Positions 47,179 to 56,944 of a stretch of 64,000 nt of DNA are shown one piece after another. Position 1 is the stretch's first letter. Every line of letters begins with the position of its first letter. The stretch is from Deltaproteobacteria bacterium (lineage in GTDB: Bacteria; Myxococcota_A; Polyangia; Fen-1088): contig JANRKS010000011.1 in NCBI GenBank assembly GCA_033763315.1, forward strand, positions 188,493 to 252,492. The letters are read 5' to 3'. Position numbers and translations under genes: made by a program. The notes under the pieces are model-generated. The model saw only the letters and a list, made by a program, of their open reading frames with translations, was not told where the DNA came from and did no database searches.

Positions 47179-48375
47179 ATGGCGGTTGCTTCAGGCCTAG
47201 ATATTTTATGCACGGAACGATTGGCTCTGTGCCACGGACGCCGGGTTGGTCTTTTGTGCCATCCGGCGTCTGTTGCGTCCGACTATGCACACGCGCTTGA
47301 TAAGTTGATGACGGTGGGCGTGACGCCCGTGCGTTTGTTCGGCCCCGAGCACGGCATCCGCGGCGAAGCGCAAGACATGATCGGCGTGGAAGGTGGCCGC
47401 GACCCACGTTCTGGCATTCCGGAAGTGAGCCTTTACGGCGAAACGTTCGAATCGCTGATACCCACCCAAGCACAGCTGGCCGGCTTGGATGTGCTTGTGA
47501 TCGATTTGCAAGACATCGGCAGCCGGTACTACACGTTCATCTGGACGATGGCGCTGGCGATGCAGGCTGCCGCCGACGCGGGTGTGCAGGTGGTGGTGCT
47601 GGATCGGCCGAACCCTTTGGGTGGGGTGGCGGTTGAAGGTGGCGCGGTTGAGATCGAATCTTTCGTGGGCTTGGGTTCGGTGCCCGTGCGCCACGGAATG
47701 ACGATCGGCGAAATCGCGCGCTTGGTGAAAGCCGGTTTGCCCTGGGGGCTGCCCCGGTTCGCGCGCCCCATGGACGTGGATCTCGAAGTTGTGACGATGC
47801 GCGGTTGGCGGCGCGACATGGCCTTTGAAGACACAGGCCTGCCGTGGGTGTTGCCGTCACCGAACATGCCCACCGTCGATACGGCGTGGGTTTATCCAGG
47901 GATGTGCTTGCTGGAAGGCACAAACGTTTCTGAGGGGCGTGGATGCACACGGCCGTTTGAGATTGTGGGTGCGCCGTTTATTGACTCTTATCGATTGGCG
48001 GCTGCTTTGACGGCCGATGCCTTGCCCGGTGTGGTGTTTCGGCCGCTGACCTTCCGGCCCACGTTTCACAAACACGGCGGCAAACCATGCGGTGGTGTGC
48101 AATTGCACGTGACCGATCGGCGCACGTTTTTGCCGTATGCCACGGGGGTTGCCATGTTGAGGCAATTCCGGCGCTTGTGCGGCGACGCGTTTGTGTGGCG
48201 GACGGAGCGCTACGAATTCGTGTCCGATCACCCCGCCATTGATCTGCTCACGGGCAGCGCTGCGGTTCGGTTGGCCATTGATGCCGGTGCGGATCTGGCT
48301 GAGATCACGGCGCAATGGAAAGCCGATGAAGCGGCCTTCCATGAACGCCGGGCGCCGTATTTGCTGTACACTTAG
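47179..48375 (+). CDS. namZ: Exo-beta-N-acetylmuramidase NamZ (DUF1343)
   Basis: LFGPEHGIRG, DLQDIGSRYYTF, LDRPNPLGG, RHGMTIGE, PSPNMP, SEGRG.TRPFE. Confidence 0.9.
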   Translation: MAVASGLDILCTERLALCHGRRVGLLCHPASVASDYAHALDKLMTVGVTPVRLFGPEHGIRGEAQDMIGVEGGRDPRSGIPEVSLYGETFESLIPTQAQLAGLDVLVIDLQDIGSRYYTFIWTMALAMQAAADAGVQVVVLDRPNPLGGVAVEGGAVEIESFVGLGSVPVRHGMTIGEIARLVKAGLPWGLPRFARPMDVDLEVVTMRGWRRDMAFEDTGLPWVLPSPNMPTVDTAWVYPGMCLLEGTNVSEGRGCTRPFEIVGAPFIDSYRLAAALTADALPGVVFRPLTFRPTFHKHGGKPCGGVQLHVTDRRTFLPYATGVAMLRQFRRLCGDAFVWRTERYEFVSDHPAIDLLTGSAAVRLAIDAGADLAEITAQWKADEAAFHERRAPYLLYT

Positions 48376-48378
48376 CGC

Positions 48379-48933
48379 ATGCACGTGGCCCTGTTCGGGG
48401 GCAGCTTTAACCCGCCCCACGTTGGACATCAGCTGGCGGCGCTTTACGTCCTTGAGACGGCGCCGGTGGATGCCTTGTGGCTGCTGCCGTGTTACCAGCA
48501 CGCCTTCGATAAGGCGCTGGAGCCATTTGCACACCGCGTGGCCATGTGTGAAGCCATGGGCAAAGCGCTGGGGCCGCGGGTGCGGGTGGAAACGATCGAA
48601 GCCCAGTTAGGGGGCACGAGCCGCACGCTGCTCACCGTGAAGGCCTTGCGGGCCGCTTACCCAGATCATCGCTTCTCGTTGATGATTGGGTCTGATCTGA
48701 AGACCGAACGGCAACACTGGTACGGCGCGGACGAATTGCTCTCGTTGATCGATTTCATCGTGGTGGGACGTGCGGGGGCGGATCCCGCGGCCGGTGTAGC
48801 GATGCCGGCTGTGAGTTCCACCGAGATCCGGCAACGATTGTTGGCGGGGCAACCGGTGGATGCGTTTGTGCCGCGGCAGGTGTTGGCGGTGATCGAGCGC
48901 GAGAAGCTTTATCGAACGGGGGAGGGCCTATGA
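48379..48933 (+). CDS. nadD: Nicotinate-nucleotide adenylyltransferase
   Basis: FGGSFNPPHVGH, IGSD, VSSTEIR. Confidence 0.93.
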   Translation: MHVALFGGSFNPPHVGHQLAALYVLETAPVDALWLLPCYQHAFDKALEPFAHRVAMCEAMGKALGPRVRVETIEAQLGGTSRTLLTVKALRAAYPDHRFSLMIGSDLKTERQHWYGADELLSLIDFIVVGRAGADPAAGVAMPAVSSTEIRQRLLAGQPVDAFVPRQVLAVIEREKLYRTGEGL

Positions 48934-49838
48934 GCGTGCAGATGACTCCGCTGGTGACCATCATCGGCACCGGCCCGGTGGGCGTGGCGCTGGCCGGAAA
49001 GCTCACGCGTTCGGGCGTGCCGGTGGCGGCGATTTACGGCAAGACCTTTGCGGAGGCCGACGCGGCGGCGGCAGAGGCAGGTGTGATGGCGCTGGCGTGC
49101 GAGGTGCCATCGTTGGTGCAGCAGGCGGACGTGGCGATCATCGCTGTGGCCGACGATAAAGTGGAAGCCGTTGCTAAAGAGTATTTAGAAAAGGGCGTGT
49201 TCGGGCCGCGGCAGATCGTCTTGCACACGTGCGGCGCGTGGGCCGCGGAAGATTTGTTGGGAGCGTTGCAAGGCAAGGTGAAGGCGGTGGGCACGCTGCA
49301 CCCGTTGGCGTCCATTTCGTCGCGCAAGCAGGCATTCGCACGGTTGGAGCGGGTCTCATTCGGGGTGCAAGGTGACGCAGACGCCGTGGCGATGGCTGAT
49401 CGTTTGGTGGCCTTTATGGGTGGCAAACCGCTGCGCTTGGAGCGTTCGCAGATGCCGCTGTATCACGCTGGCGCCGCGATCGGCTCGAACTTGGTGGTGG
49501 CGGTCATCGACCTCGCACGCCGGGCGCTTGAAGGCGCGGGCATTCATCCCGATCACGTGGTGGGCGCGTTGGTGCCGCTGTTGCGCAGCACCACAAAGAA
49601 CCTGGAAGATCACGGATTGCCACACGCCTTGACGGGGCCGGTGGCGCGCGGCGATGTGAAAACGATCGAACGACATTTGACGGCCATCGACAAAACCGTG
49701 CCCGATGTGGCTTCGCTTTACCGGCAGTTAGGGCACGAGGTTTTGGACTTGGCCGAGAAGAAGATGCCGGAGTTTGAAGCCAAGGCATCGGCGCGGTTGC
49801 GCAAGCTGTTCAGCGACCGGGGGGCACGTAATTCGTGA
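48930..49838 (+). CDS. Rossmann-like plus DUF2520 oxidoreductase (PanG-like)
   Basis: IIGTGPVG, HTCGA, LHPL, YHAGA, ALTGPVARGD. Confidence 0.82.
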   Translation: MSVQMTPLVTIIGTGPVGVALAGKLTRSGVPVAAIYGKTFAEADAAAAEAGVMALACEVPSLVQQADVAIIAVADDKVEAVAKEYLEKGVFGPRQIVLHTCGAWAAEDLLGALQGKVKAVGTLHPLASISSRKQAFARLERVSFGVQGDADAVAMADRLVAFMGGKPLRLERSQMPLYHAGAAIGSNLVVAVIDLARRALEGAGIHPDHVVGALVPLLRSTTKNLEDHGLPHALTGPVARGDVKTIERHLTAIDKTVPDVASLYRQLGHEVLDLAEKKMPEFEAKASARLRKLFSDRGARNS

Positions 49839-50760
49839 CCACCACTTCCCACACGCTGCCGCGCTTATCGGCACGTGTGTTGATGGAGCGGCGGGCCGGC
49901 ACGCGGTGGATGTGGAAGTTCTGGTAGAGCTTGCGCACAAACGGCGTGTCGCTGTTGGAAAGCATCACCATGCAACCGCGCTCGCTCAATAGGGCGAACG
50001 TTTGGGCCAGTTTGGTTTGATCTTCGGCCGTGAAGTTGTGCTGCGTATAGGACGTAAACGAGGCCGACGCCGACACGGGATCATAGGGCGGGTCGAAGTA
50101 AACGAAATCGCCTTCCCGTGCCACGCGCGTGACGTGTGTGAAGGGGCGGGTGGCCAGGTGAACTTTTGCGAGGCTTGCGGCCACGGCTTTGACGTTGTGT
50201 GGGTCAACAATCGAAGGCCGCACGTAACGGCCCATGGGCACGTTGAACTGGTTGCGGCTGTTGACCCGGTAAAGGCCGTTGTAACAAGTTTTGTTGAGGT
50301 AAATGAAACGGGCGGCGCGCTGTTCGGGGGGCAACGTGGCGGCGTCTTGCGCGCGGATTTTGTAATAGTGCGTTTCGCTGTGCTTGGCCCGGTGGGCCAG
50401 CAGAAGGCGCACGACCTCGTCGGCGTTGCTCTTGATGGCGGCGTAGGTGGTGATGAGATCGTCGTTGCGATCAAAGAGGAAGGCGCGTTGTGGCTCAAGC
50501 GTTCGTCGGACGTGGAAGAACACCGCACCGCCGCCGAGGAAGGGCTCGATGAAGCGAGTGACCTGCGCCTTGGGGGGGTAGAATGACTCGAAGACGCTGA
50601 GGAGCTGGGTTTTGCCGCCGGCCCACTTTAGGAAGGGCGCCGCGGGCTTTTCGACGGGTGCCAGTTTCAACGGAGGGGACTTGCGAGGCGCCGACGCGGA
50701 AGGGCCCACGAGGTAAGGCGCGAAATCTTCAGCGGCAAGGGCGGTTCGGGACTTGGGCAC
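49810..50760 (-). CDS. dam: Dam-type (D12 class) DNA adenine methyltransferase
   Basis: FLKWAGGK, EPFLGGGAV, YLNKTCYNGLYRVN, YFDPPY, MLSNS. Confidence 0.9.
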   Translation of the reverse strand: MPKSRTALAAEDFAPYLVGPSASAPRKSPPLKLAPVEKPAAPFLKWAGGKTQLLSVFESFYPPKAQVTRFIEPFLGGGAVFFHVRRTLEPQRAFLFDRNDDLITTYAAIKSNADEVVRLLLAHRAKHSETHYYKIRAQDAATLPPEQRAARFIYLNKTCYNGLYRVNSRNQFNVPMGRYVRPSIVDPHNVKAVAASLAKVHLATRPFTHVTRVAREGDFVYFDPPYDPVSASASFTSYTQHNFTAEDQTKLAQTFALLSERGCMVMLSNSDTPFVRKLYQNFHIHRVPARRSINTRADKRGSVWEVVVTNYVPPGR

Positions 50761-50967
50761 CGGGCCACTGGCTTTAATCCGGGCGAGCGGTGGATGTCAA
50801 ATCAAGAGGTGCTAACCGGGAACAATCTCCGCTTTTAGGGAGGGGCCGTTGTCATGGTTCGGCCGTGGTGGCACATGGCGAGGCATTGATGGCGCGACGC
50901 GTTTGTGCAGGGACCCCGCCATTAAACGCCTGAGCTAGGGGCTTAAGATGTCTTGGGCCGTGCCCCG

Positions 50968-52137
50968 CTAGCGCGAGGCCGTCTTGGCCGGCTCGTCGAC
51001 CAACTCACCCACGTAGGCGCGCAGACGGGTTTCGGTGGCACCCGGCAGATAGTATTTCCAGGTGCGTTTCACGCGCCCCTGGCGATCGAGCAACACAAAG
51101 GATGGCAAGCCGCTGATCTTGTATTTCGCGTAGGCGACAGACTCTTCTTCATCTGCTGGGTCATGGAGCACCGTTACTGACTGCGGCGTCTTATCGAGAT
51201 ATTTGTTCAACTCATCCGCCGCGGCCATGGTGCTCACCGCCACCACCTCAAGGCCTTTGTCTTTGAGATCGTCTTGCAATTGGTTCACGTAAGGCGAGGC
51301 CAGCAAGCACGTGGGGCACCAGGGGGCCCAAAACTCAAGCAACACCACTTTGCCCCTGTAGTGCGCGAGGCTCACGGTCTTGCCGGTGGGCGTTTGCAAT
51401 GAAAACATGGGCGCGGGCTTGCCTTGGGGCACGCGCGGATACTCGGGCTCCTGCCGTCGTTGCGGCAACCCCGCGGGTGGCCGCGACGCAAACACCGCGG
51501 CGTCAGGCGCGCCCAGGGTCACGGCAAAGGTCATCGTGATCTGCACTTGGCCATCATCGGCGAATAGGCGGCGAGGCAAATGCGTTTTGCCGTCGAACCA
51601 GACCTTGATCTTTATCGCTGTGGCCGTCTTTTGCGTGCGGCCAGACAACGCTGCGAGTTGCGTTCCGTCCAGTTTTTCAGACGTCGCCTTCAGATCCAGG
51701 AGTCGTTCAACAAAGGCTGTGGACGTAAACAAAGTGAGCGGCCAGTACGCCTTCTCGGCCCACTCGAGGTCAGGCGACACATAGGCCAGCGTGCGCGGGG
51801 CTTCGGTTTGCATCCAGAACTTGCTGTTCCATAGCCACTGCTTTTTTCCATCAGATACGATCGTCTCGATGGTTTTGTCTGCGCGTTTGACTTCCAACTT
51901 GTAGGCGTGAGGCGGCAGCAGAGAAAGTTGTGCATGCTCGGGTGGCGGCGAACGATGGGGACCGGGCGGGGGCTCGCCCACCGCCGACCGCGAGGCCACA
52001 ACGGACATTGGTCGCGCCTCCGCTATCGCGCGCTGGTATTCCGCGATGATAGACGCCGTTGCAGGTTCAATGGCCGCCGCCGTTGTTGCGGCCAACACCC
52101 CCGCCGCCAATGCCACCACGAACGCGCGCTTTTTCAC
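50968..52137 (-). CDS. Exported TlpA/redoxin with LolA-like N-terminal domain
   Basis: Signal peptide from GTG 52137; IVSDGKKQWLW; GKVVLLEFWAPWCPTC. Confidence 0.78.
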   Translation of the reverse strand: MKKRAFVVALAAGVLAATTAAAIEPATASIIAEYQRAIAEARPMSVVASRSAVGEPPPGPHRSPPPEHAQLSLLPPHAYKLEVKRADKTIETIVSDGKKQWLWNSKFWMQTEAPRTLAYVSPDLEWAEKAYWPLTLFTSTAFVERLLDLKATSEKLDGTQLAALSGRTQKTATAIKIKVWFDGKTHLPRRLFADDGQVQITMTFAVTLGAPDAAVFASRPPAGLPQRRQEPEYPRVPQGKPAPMFSLQTPTGKTVSLAHYRGKVVLLEFWAPWCPTCLLASPYVNQLQDDLKDKGLEVVAVSTMAAADELNKYLDKTPQSVTVLHDPADEEESVAYAKYKISGLPSFVLLDRQGRVKRTWKYYLPGATETRLRAYVGELVDEPAKTASR

Positions 52138-52243
52138 GCGGCCCACGATATCTGCAGGCGCCCCGCGGGCCCACGCAAAGCACAGGGTTGAAAACGCTTT
52201 CAGCTGAGCATGCGAGGCCTTTAGGCTAGGGCTTGAAGAACGT

Positions 52244-53218
52244 ATGGACGTCATCCTCGTCGCCGAGAAAATGGCCGGCTCTGCTTTGGCGGCGCTGCAA
52301 CGGCGCTACCGCGTTGTTCACGTGCCCGACTTATGGAAAGATCCCTCGGCGCTATGCCAGCAGCTGAAAAACGCTGATGCCTTGCTGGTGCGCAACCAAA
52401 CTCAAGTTGATGCTCACGTGCTTTCGTACGCGCCTTCACTGCGCATCATCGGGCGCGCGGGTGTGGGCCTCGACAACATTGACCTGCCAGCCGCCACGGC
52501 GGCGGGGGTCGTGGTGTCGTACTCGCCTGGCGCCAACGCCAACGCTGTGGCCGAGTTGACGTTGGGTTGCATTCTCGCGTTGTCGCGCCACCTCGTGGCC
52601 GCACATCAGCATGTGAGCCAGGGCGGATGGAGCCGCCTCGATTACCTTGGTCAGGAGATTGCGGGGCGCACGCTTGCTGTGATTGGCTGTGGCGCCACTG
52701 GCAGACTGACGGCGGCGAAGGCAAGCGCGCTTGGCATGAAGGTGCGCGGCTTCGACCCGTTCATGAAGCCCGATGATCCAGCCTTGGCGGCGGTGGGGCT
52801 CCAACTGGGGGCGCTTGACGAGGTGGTGGCGGAGGCTGATTTTGTGTCGTGCCATGTGCCCGGCAGCCGCGAAACACTGCATATGTTCGACGCCGCTCGC
52901 TTGGCGCGCATGCGGCGCGGTGCCTATTTCATCAACACTTCGCGTGGCAACGTCGTGGACGAAGCGGCACTTTGCGAGGCCTTGGCCAGCGGACACGTGG
53001 CAGGGGCGGCGCTGGACGTGCGTGCCGTTGAACCGCCGGGGGTGGGCAGCCTGGAGAGCTTGCCGAACGTTATTTTAACGCCGCACATTGGTGGGCTGAC
53101 CCACGAAGCGCAAGACGCTGTGTTGAACATGATTTGCCGCGACGTGGACGCGGTGCTTGCGGGCGAAGCGGCCCTTCACTTTGCGAACTTCGCCACGCCA
53201 CGCCGAGTGGGAGCATGA
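52244..53218 (+). CDS. D-isomer-specific 2-hydroxyacid dehydrogenase, possibly sulfolactate dehydrogenase (SlcC-like)
   Basis: LLVRNQTQVD, GRAGVGLDNID, GCGATG, INTSRG, TPHIGG. Confidence 0.8.
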   Translation: MDVILVAEKMAGSALAALQRRYRVVHVPDLWKDPSALCQQLKNADALLVRNQTQVDAHVLSYAPSLRIIGRAGVGLDNIDLPAATAAGVVVSYSPGANANAVAELTLGCILALSRHLVAAHQHVSQGGWSRLDYLGQEIAGRTLAVIGCGATGRLTAAKASALGMKVRGFDPFMKPDDPALAAVGLQLGALDEVVAEADFVSCHVPGSRETLHMFDAARLARMRRGAYFINTSRGNVVDEAALCEALASGHVAGAALDVRAVEPPGVGSLESLPNVILTPHIGGLTHEAQDAVLNMICRDVDAVLAGEAALHFANFATPRRVGA

Positions 53219-54519
53219 GTCAGCTTCACCTCGACCGTTATGGCCTGGCTTTCACAACGCCTTCGCTCGCGGCCGCGGGGGCGTACCTTGACGGTGTGGA
53301 CAGGCTGTTGGCGGCCGATGATGGTGCTGGCCAGGCCATGCAAACGGCCATCGATTTTGATCCGGGCTTCGCGCTCGCTCAGATTGGCTTGGCACGCGCT
53401 CATCAGATCGGTGGCAACGGTGCCGCCGCGAAAGCGGCCGTGGCCGCGGCTGTGCCTTTGTGTGAGGCCCTGCCGTCGCGTGAGCGCGGGCACGTACAAA
53501 CGCTGGCGGCGGTGGTGCTGGGACAGCCTGAAGCTTTGGCGTTGGTCAAACGACACATCGGAGACTATCCCAAGGACGCCTTGGTGTTAGCTCCCGGCGT
53601 GGCGGTGTTTGGTTTGATTGGCTTTTCGGGGCGGCAGGATCGCAACCAAGAGACGTTGGCTTGGATGCAGTCGCTGGCCTCGCATTATGCGAACGATTGG
53701 TGGTTTGGCGCGTGGTTTGGCTTTCTGCATACGGAGACAGGCCGCTTCGCCGAAGGCCGCGCCATCGTTGAACGCGCGTTTGCGAACAACCCACGCAATG
53801 CCAATGCCGCGCACGCGCTTGCCCACGTGTGTTACGAAGCGGGCGGCGCGCAAGCAGGGCGTGATTTCTTGGCCGCTTGGTTGCCCCGGTATTCCACGGG
53901 TGCGCCGTTGCATTGCCATCTTTCGTGGCATCAAGCTTTGTTTGAGTTTGAGCTGGGCCAATCAGAACGTGCGTGGCAGCTTTTTGGCCGTGCGGTGCGC
54001 CCGAGCGTGGCCGTGCAGGCGCCGCCCATCAACGCGCTCACAGATGCGGCGTCGCTGTTGTGGCGTGCGACGCTGCTTGGTCAACAAGCGCCCTTAGACG
54101 TATGGCAGGAAACCTCAGGGTTTGCGCACACGCACTTTCCGCAAGGCGGCGCCGACTTCGTTGATGCGCACGCCGCGATGGCTGCTGTGGGGGCCCGCGA
54201 TGGCGAGGCTCTGCAGAAAATCACAAGCCGCTTGCAAACAACCAAGGCGCGGTCGGGTGATTTGCTTTTGCAATTGACCCAGGCGCTCTGCGCTTATGGC
54301 CGCGCAGAGTGGCAGCACGTCATCGAACTTCTTGAGCCCTATGCCGACGAACTGATTCGCGTGGGTGGCAGCGGCGCCCAGCGTGACGTGTTCGAGCACA
54401 CGCTGTTGTCGGCGTACATCCGCGATGGGCGCGCGAACGACGCGCGTGCGTGGCTGCGCAGCCGGCCAACACGGCCCCGTAACACCGACGATCACGTGAT
54501 CAAACGTTTGGGCGGGTAG
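53215..54519 (+). CDS. TPR protein (TTC38-like)
   Basis: ATGA overlap with upstream stop; HALAHVCYE, HLSWH, DAASLLWR, GGSGAQRDVFE. Confidence 0.78.
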   Translation: MSQLHLDRYGLAFTTPSLAAAGAYLDGVDRLLAADDGAGQAMQTAIDFDPGFALAQIGLARAHQIGGNGAAAKAAVAAAVPLCEALPSRERGHVQTLAAVVLGQPEALALVKRHIGDYPKDALVLAPGVAVFGLIGFSGRQDRNQETLAWMQSLASHYANDWWFGAWFGFLHTETGRFAEGRAIVERAFANNPRNANAAHALAHVCYEAGGAQAGRDFLAAWLPRYSTGAPLHCHLSWHQALFEFELGQSERAWQLFGRAVRPSVAVQAPPINALTDAASLLWRATLLGQQAPLDVWQETSGFAHTHFPQGGADFVDAHAAMAAVGARDGEALQKITSRLQTTKARSGDLLLQLTQALCAYGRAEWQHVIELLEPYADELIRVGGSGAQRDVFEHTLLSAYIRDGRANDARAWLRSRPTRPRNTDDHVIKRLGG

Positions 54520-54547
54520 GGCGCCATCGCCGTCCGCCTCCGGCGCT

Positions 54548-56011
54548 TTACCCCACGCCCAAGCTGACGTGTTTCGTTTCCAAAAACGCGTCCAACCCCT
54601 CACTGCCAAGCTCCCGGCCCCAACCGCTTTGTTTTACGCCGCCAAATGGCGCTTGGCTGGTGGCGGGCACGCCGTCATTGATGGCAATGGTGCCGGCCTC
54701 CAGTGATTCGGCCAACCGGAACGTACGCGCCATGTCGCGCGTGAAAGCGTACGCCGCTAAGCCGTAGCTTGAGTCATTGGCGCGCGAGATGGCTTCGGCC
54801 TCGTTATCGAAGACACAAAGCGGGGCGACGGGCGCGAACGTTTCTTCGTTCATGCACAAACTTTGCGGGTCCACATTGGTGAGCATGGTGGGCGCAAAGA
54901 AGTTTCCCGGGCGATCCAGGCGCTTGCCGCCCAGCACCACCTGCGCGCCGCGGGCAACGGCATCGGCGATGTGTCGCTCGGCTTTGGCAACCGCGGAGGC
55001 ATCAATCAAGGGGCCCACATCAACGTTCGGCTCGTGACTTTCGCCCACTTTCAACGCGCGCACTTTTTCCTCAAAGCGGCTTAGAAAAGCGGACCAAATG
55101 CCGCTTTGAACGAAAATACGGTTGGCGGCTGTGCACGCTTGCCCAGCGTTGCGAAACTTCGCAAACATCACCCCCTCGACGGCCTTATCCAGATCGGCAT
55201 CGTCGAACACCAGCACCGGCGCGTGGCCGCCCAACTCAAGCGACAAGGGCTTTATGTGCGCCGCCGCTTGTTGAATCAGAATGCGGCCCACAGCCGTAGA
55301 CCCCGTGAACGAGACCTTGCGGCACAGCGGGTTCTCCATCATCTCCGTGCCCAAAGCCGCGGCATCGCCTAGCACCACGCTGAACAGACCGGGCGGAAAA
55401 CCCACGTCCTGTGTGATTCGCGCCAGCGCCAAGCACACGAGCGGCGTTTGCGGCGCGGGCTTCGCCACAACCGTGCAACCGGCGGCCCACGCCGCCGCCG
55501 CTTTGCGCAGCACCAACACCAGCGGAAAATTCCATGGGCAGATGATGCCCACGGGACCCACGGGCGATTTGACGCTGAGGTGGCGCTTGCCAGGCACTTG
55601 GTGGGGGATCACCTTTCCATAAGCGCGTTTGCCTTCTTCGGCGAACCAACGCAGGTGATCGCTCGACATCGCCACTTCGCCTTTGCTTTGCAAGAGGGGC
55701 TTGCCATTCTCGGTGCTGATCAAACTGGCGAGCGCGTCGGCTTCACGATCGATGGCGTCGGCCAAGCGCACCAGCAAGGCGGCGCGATCGCGGGCGGGCC
55801 GCACGCGCCAAGCTTCGAAAGCTTTGTGAGCCGCCACAAACGCCGCAGCCGCATGATGGCGATCACACGTGGCCACGTGGGCAAACACCTGATTGGTGGC
55901 GGGGTTGCGCACAGGAATGGCCGTGGGCGTCGCCACCCACTGGCCATCCACAAACAAGCTGTAAACGGGGCCTGAGGGGGACTCTGTGAGTGGGCTCAAC
56001 GGTGTCATCAC
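54548..56011 (-). CDS. GabD-type aldehyde dehydrogenase, possibly sulfolactaldehyde dehydrogenase
   Basis: ENGKP, PWNFP, SFTGST.VG, LELGG, FRNAGQAC, EETFAP, PFGGVKQSG. Confidence 0.88.
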   Translation of the reverse strand: MMTPLSPLTESPSGPVYSLFVDGQWVATPTAIPVRNPATNQVFAHVATCDRHHAAAAFVAAHKAFEAWRVRPARDRAALLVRLADAIDREADALASLISTENGKPLLQSKGEVAMSSDHLRWFAEEGKRAYGKVIPHQVPGKRHLSVKSPVGPVGIICPWNFPLVLVLRKAAAAWAAGCTVVAKPAPQTPLVCLALARITQDVGFPPGLFSVVLGDAAALGTEMMENPLCRKVSFTGSTAVGRILIQQAAAHIKPLSLELGGHAPVLVFDDADLDKAVEGVMFAKFRNAGQACTAANRIFVQSGIWSAFLSRFEEKVRALKVGESHEPNVDVGPLIDASAVAKAERHIADAVARGAQVVLGGKRLDRPGNFFAPTMLTNVDPQSLCMNEETFAPVAPLCVFDNEAEAISRANDSSYGLAAYAFTRDMARTFRLAESLEAGTIAINDGVPATSQAPFGGVKQSGWGRELGSEGLDAFLETKHVSLGVG

Positions 56012-56127
56012 GTGCTTCGTAACCTTCGCGGGTCCGGGTGCCTAGGAAATACAGTACTTGGAAAGCGGATTCAGACAAGCGATCCTTGTTGGGGCCGATC
56101 ATTCGCGAAATGCTGCCGTTGCAACAT

Positions 56128-56916
56128 ATGGACGTATCTCAGTGGGCCGTGGTGGCCTTCGCCTCGGTGCTTGGCAGCCTGGCCCAAGGCGCGACAGGTT
56201 TCGGGTCGGCCCTGGTGGCCATTCCGATCATGTTGTGGGGCAACCTGTCTTTGCCCGCGGCCATCGCCGTGAACACCGCCATCATCACCTTGCAAGGGGT
56301 GACCAGCTGTTGGCGCCACCGCGCCACGATTCCGTGGAAAGAAACCAACGCGATGGTGGGCCTGCGTTTGCTTTCCGTTCCGTTTGGCGTGTTGGCGTTG
56401 GCCGCGCTGCACGCCACAAGCCCCGCCACCGTGAAACAAGTGGTGGGTGCCACCTTGCTGGCGGTGCTGGCGTTCTTGATCACATTCAAGATTGAGCCGC
56501 GGCCGTCGGTGCGGCCGGCCTGGACTGCGGTGGCCGGCATTTCAAGTGGCTTTCTCACGGGCGCCGTGGGTATGGGTGGGCCGCCTCTGGTGACGTGGAC
56601 GTTGATGCACGATTGGGAACCTGCACGGGCGCGTGGCTTTCTGTGGGCCACGTCGCTGCAGATGATCCCGGTGTCTTTAGCGCTGCTCGTGTGGCAATTC
56701 GGGTTTGGCGTTCTGTGGTTTTTTGCATTGGGCCTCGTGGCGTTTCCGTTGGTGGTTGTGGGAAATCGTTGGGGGATGGGGTTGAGTGCCACCTGGAGCC
56801 GCCAATACATGCGTCGCGTGACTTATGCGCTCTTGGCCTTCACGGCCTTGCTCTGTATCAGCTCACCGTGGCTGCAGCGCTCGGCGCACACGCACACGGC
56901 CATGCTCGCTAAATAA
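56128..56916 (+). CDS. TauE/SafE sulfite/sulfonate exporter
   Basis: QGATGFGSAL, SGFLTGAVGMGGPPL; about 8 TM; start 56128 or 56110. Confidence 0.88.
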   Translation: MDVSQWAVVAFASVLGSLAQGATGFGSALVAIPIMLWGNLSLPAAIAVNTAIITLQGVTSCWRHRATIPWKETNAMVGLRLLSVPFGVLALAALHATSPATVKQVVGATLLAVLAFLITFKIEPRPSVRPAWTAVAGISSGFLTGAVGMGGPPLVTWTLMHDWEPARARGFLWATSLQMIPVSLALLVWQFGFGVLWFFALGLVAFPLVVVGNRWGMGLSATWSRQYMRRVTYALLAFTALLCISSPWLQRSAHTHTAMLAK

Positions 56917-56944
56917 CGACCCTGCTTGAAAGATCGATCTATCA

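Noticed and set aside
49810-50760. Restriction-modification or anti-phage defence island
   Set aside because: Single methyltransferase with no nuclease or other defence genes adjacent
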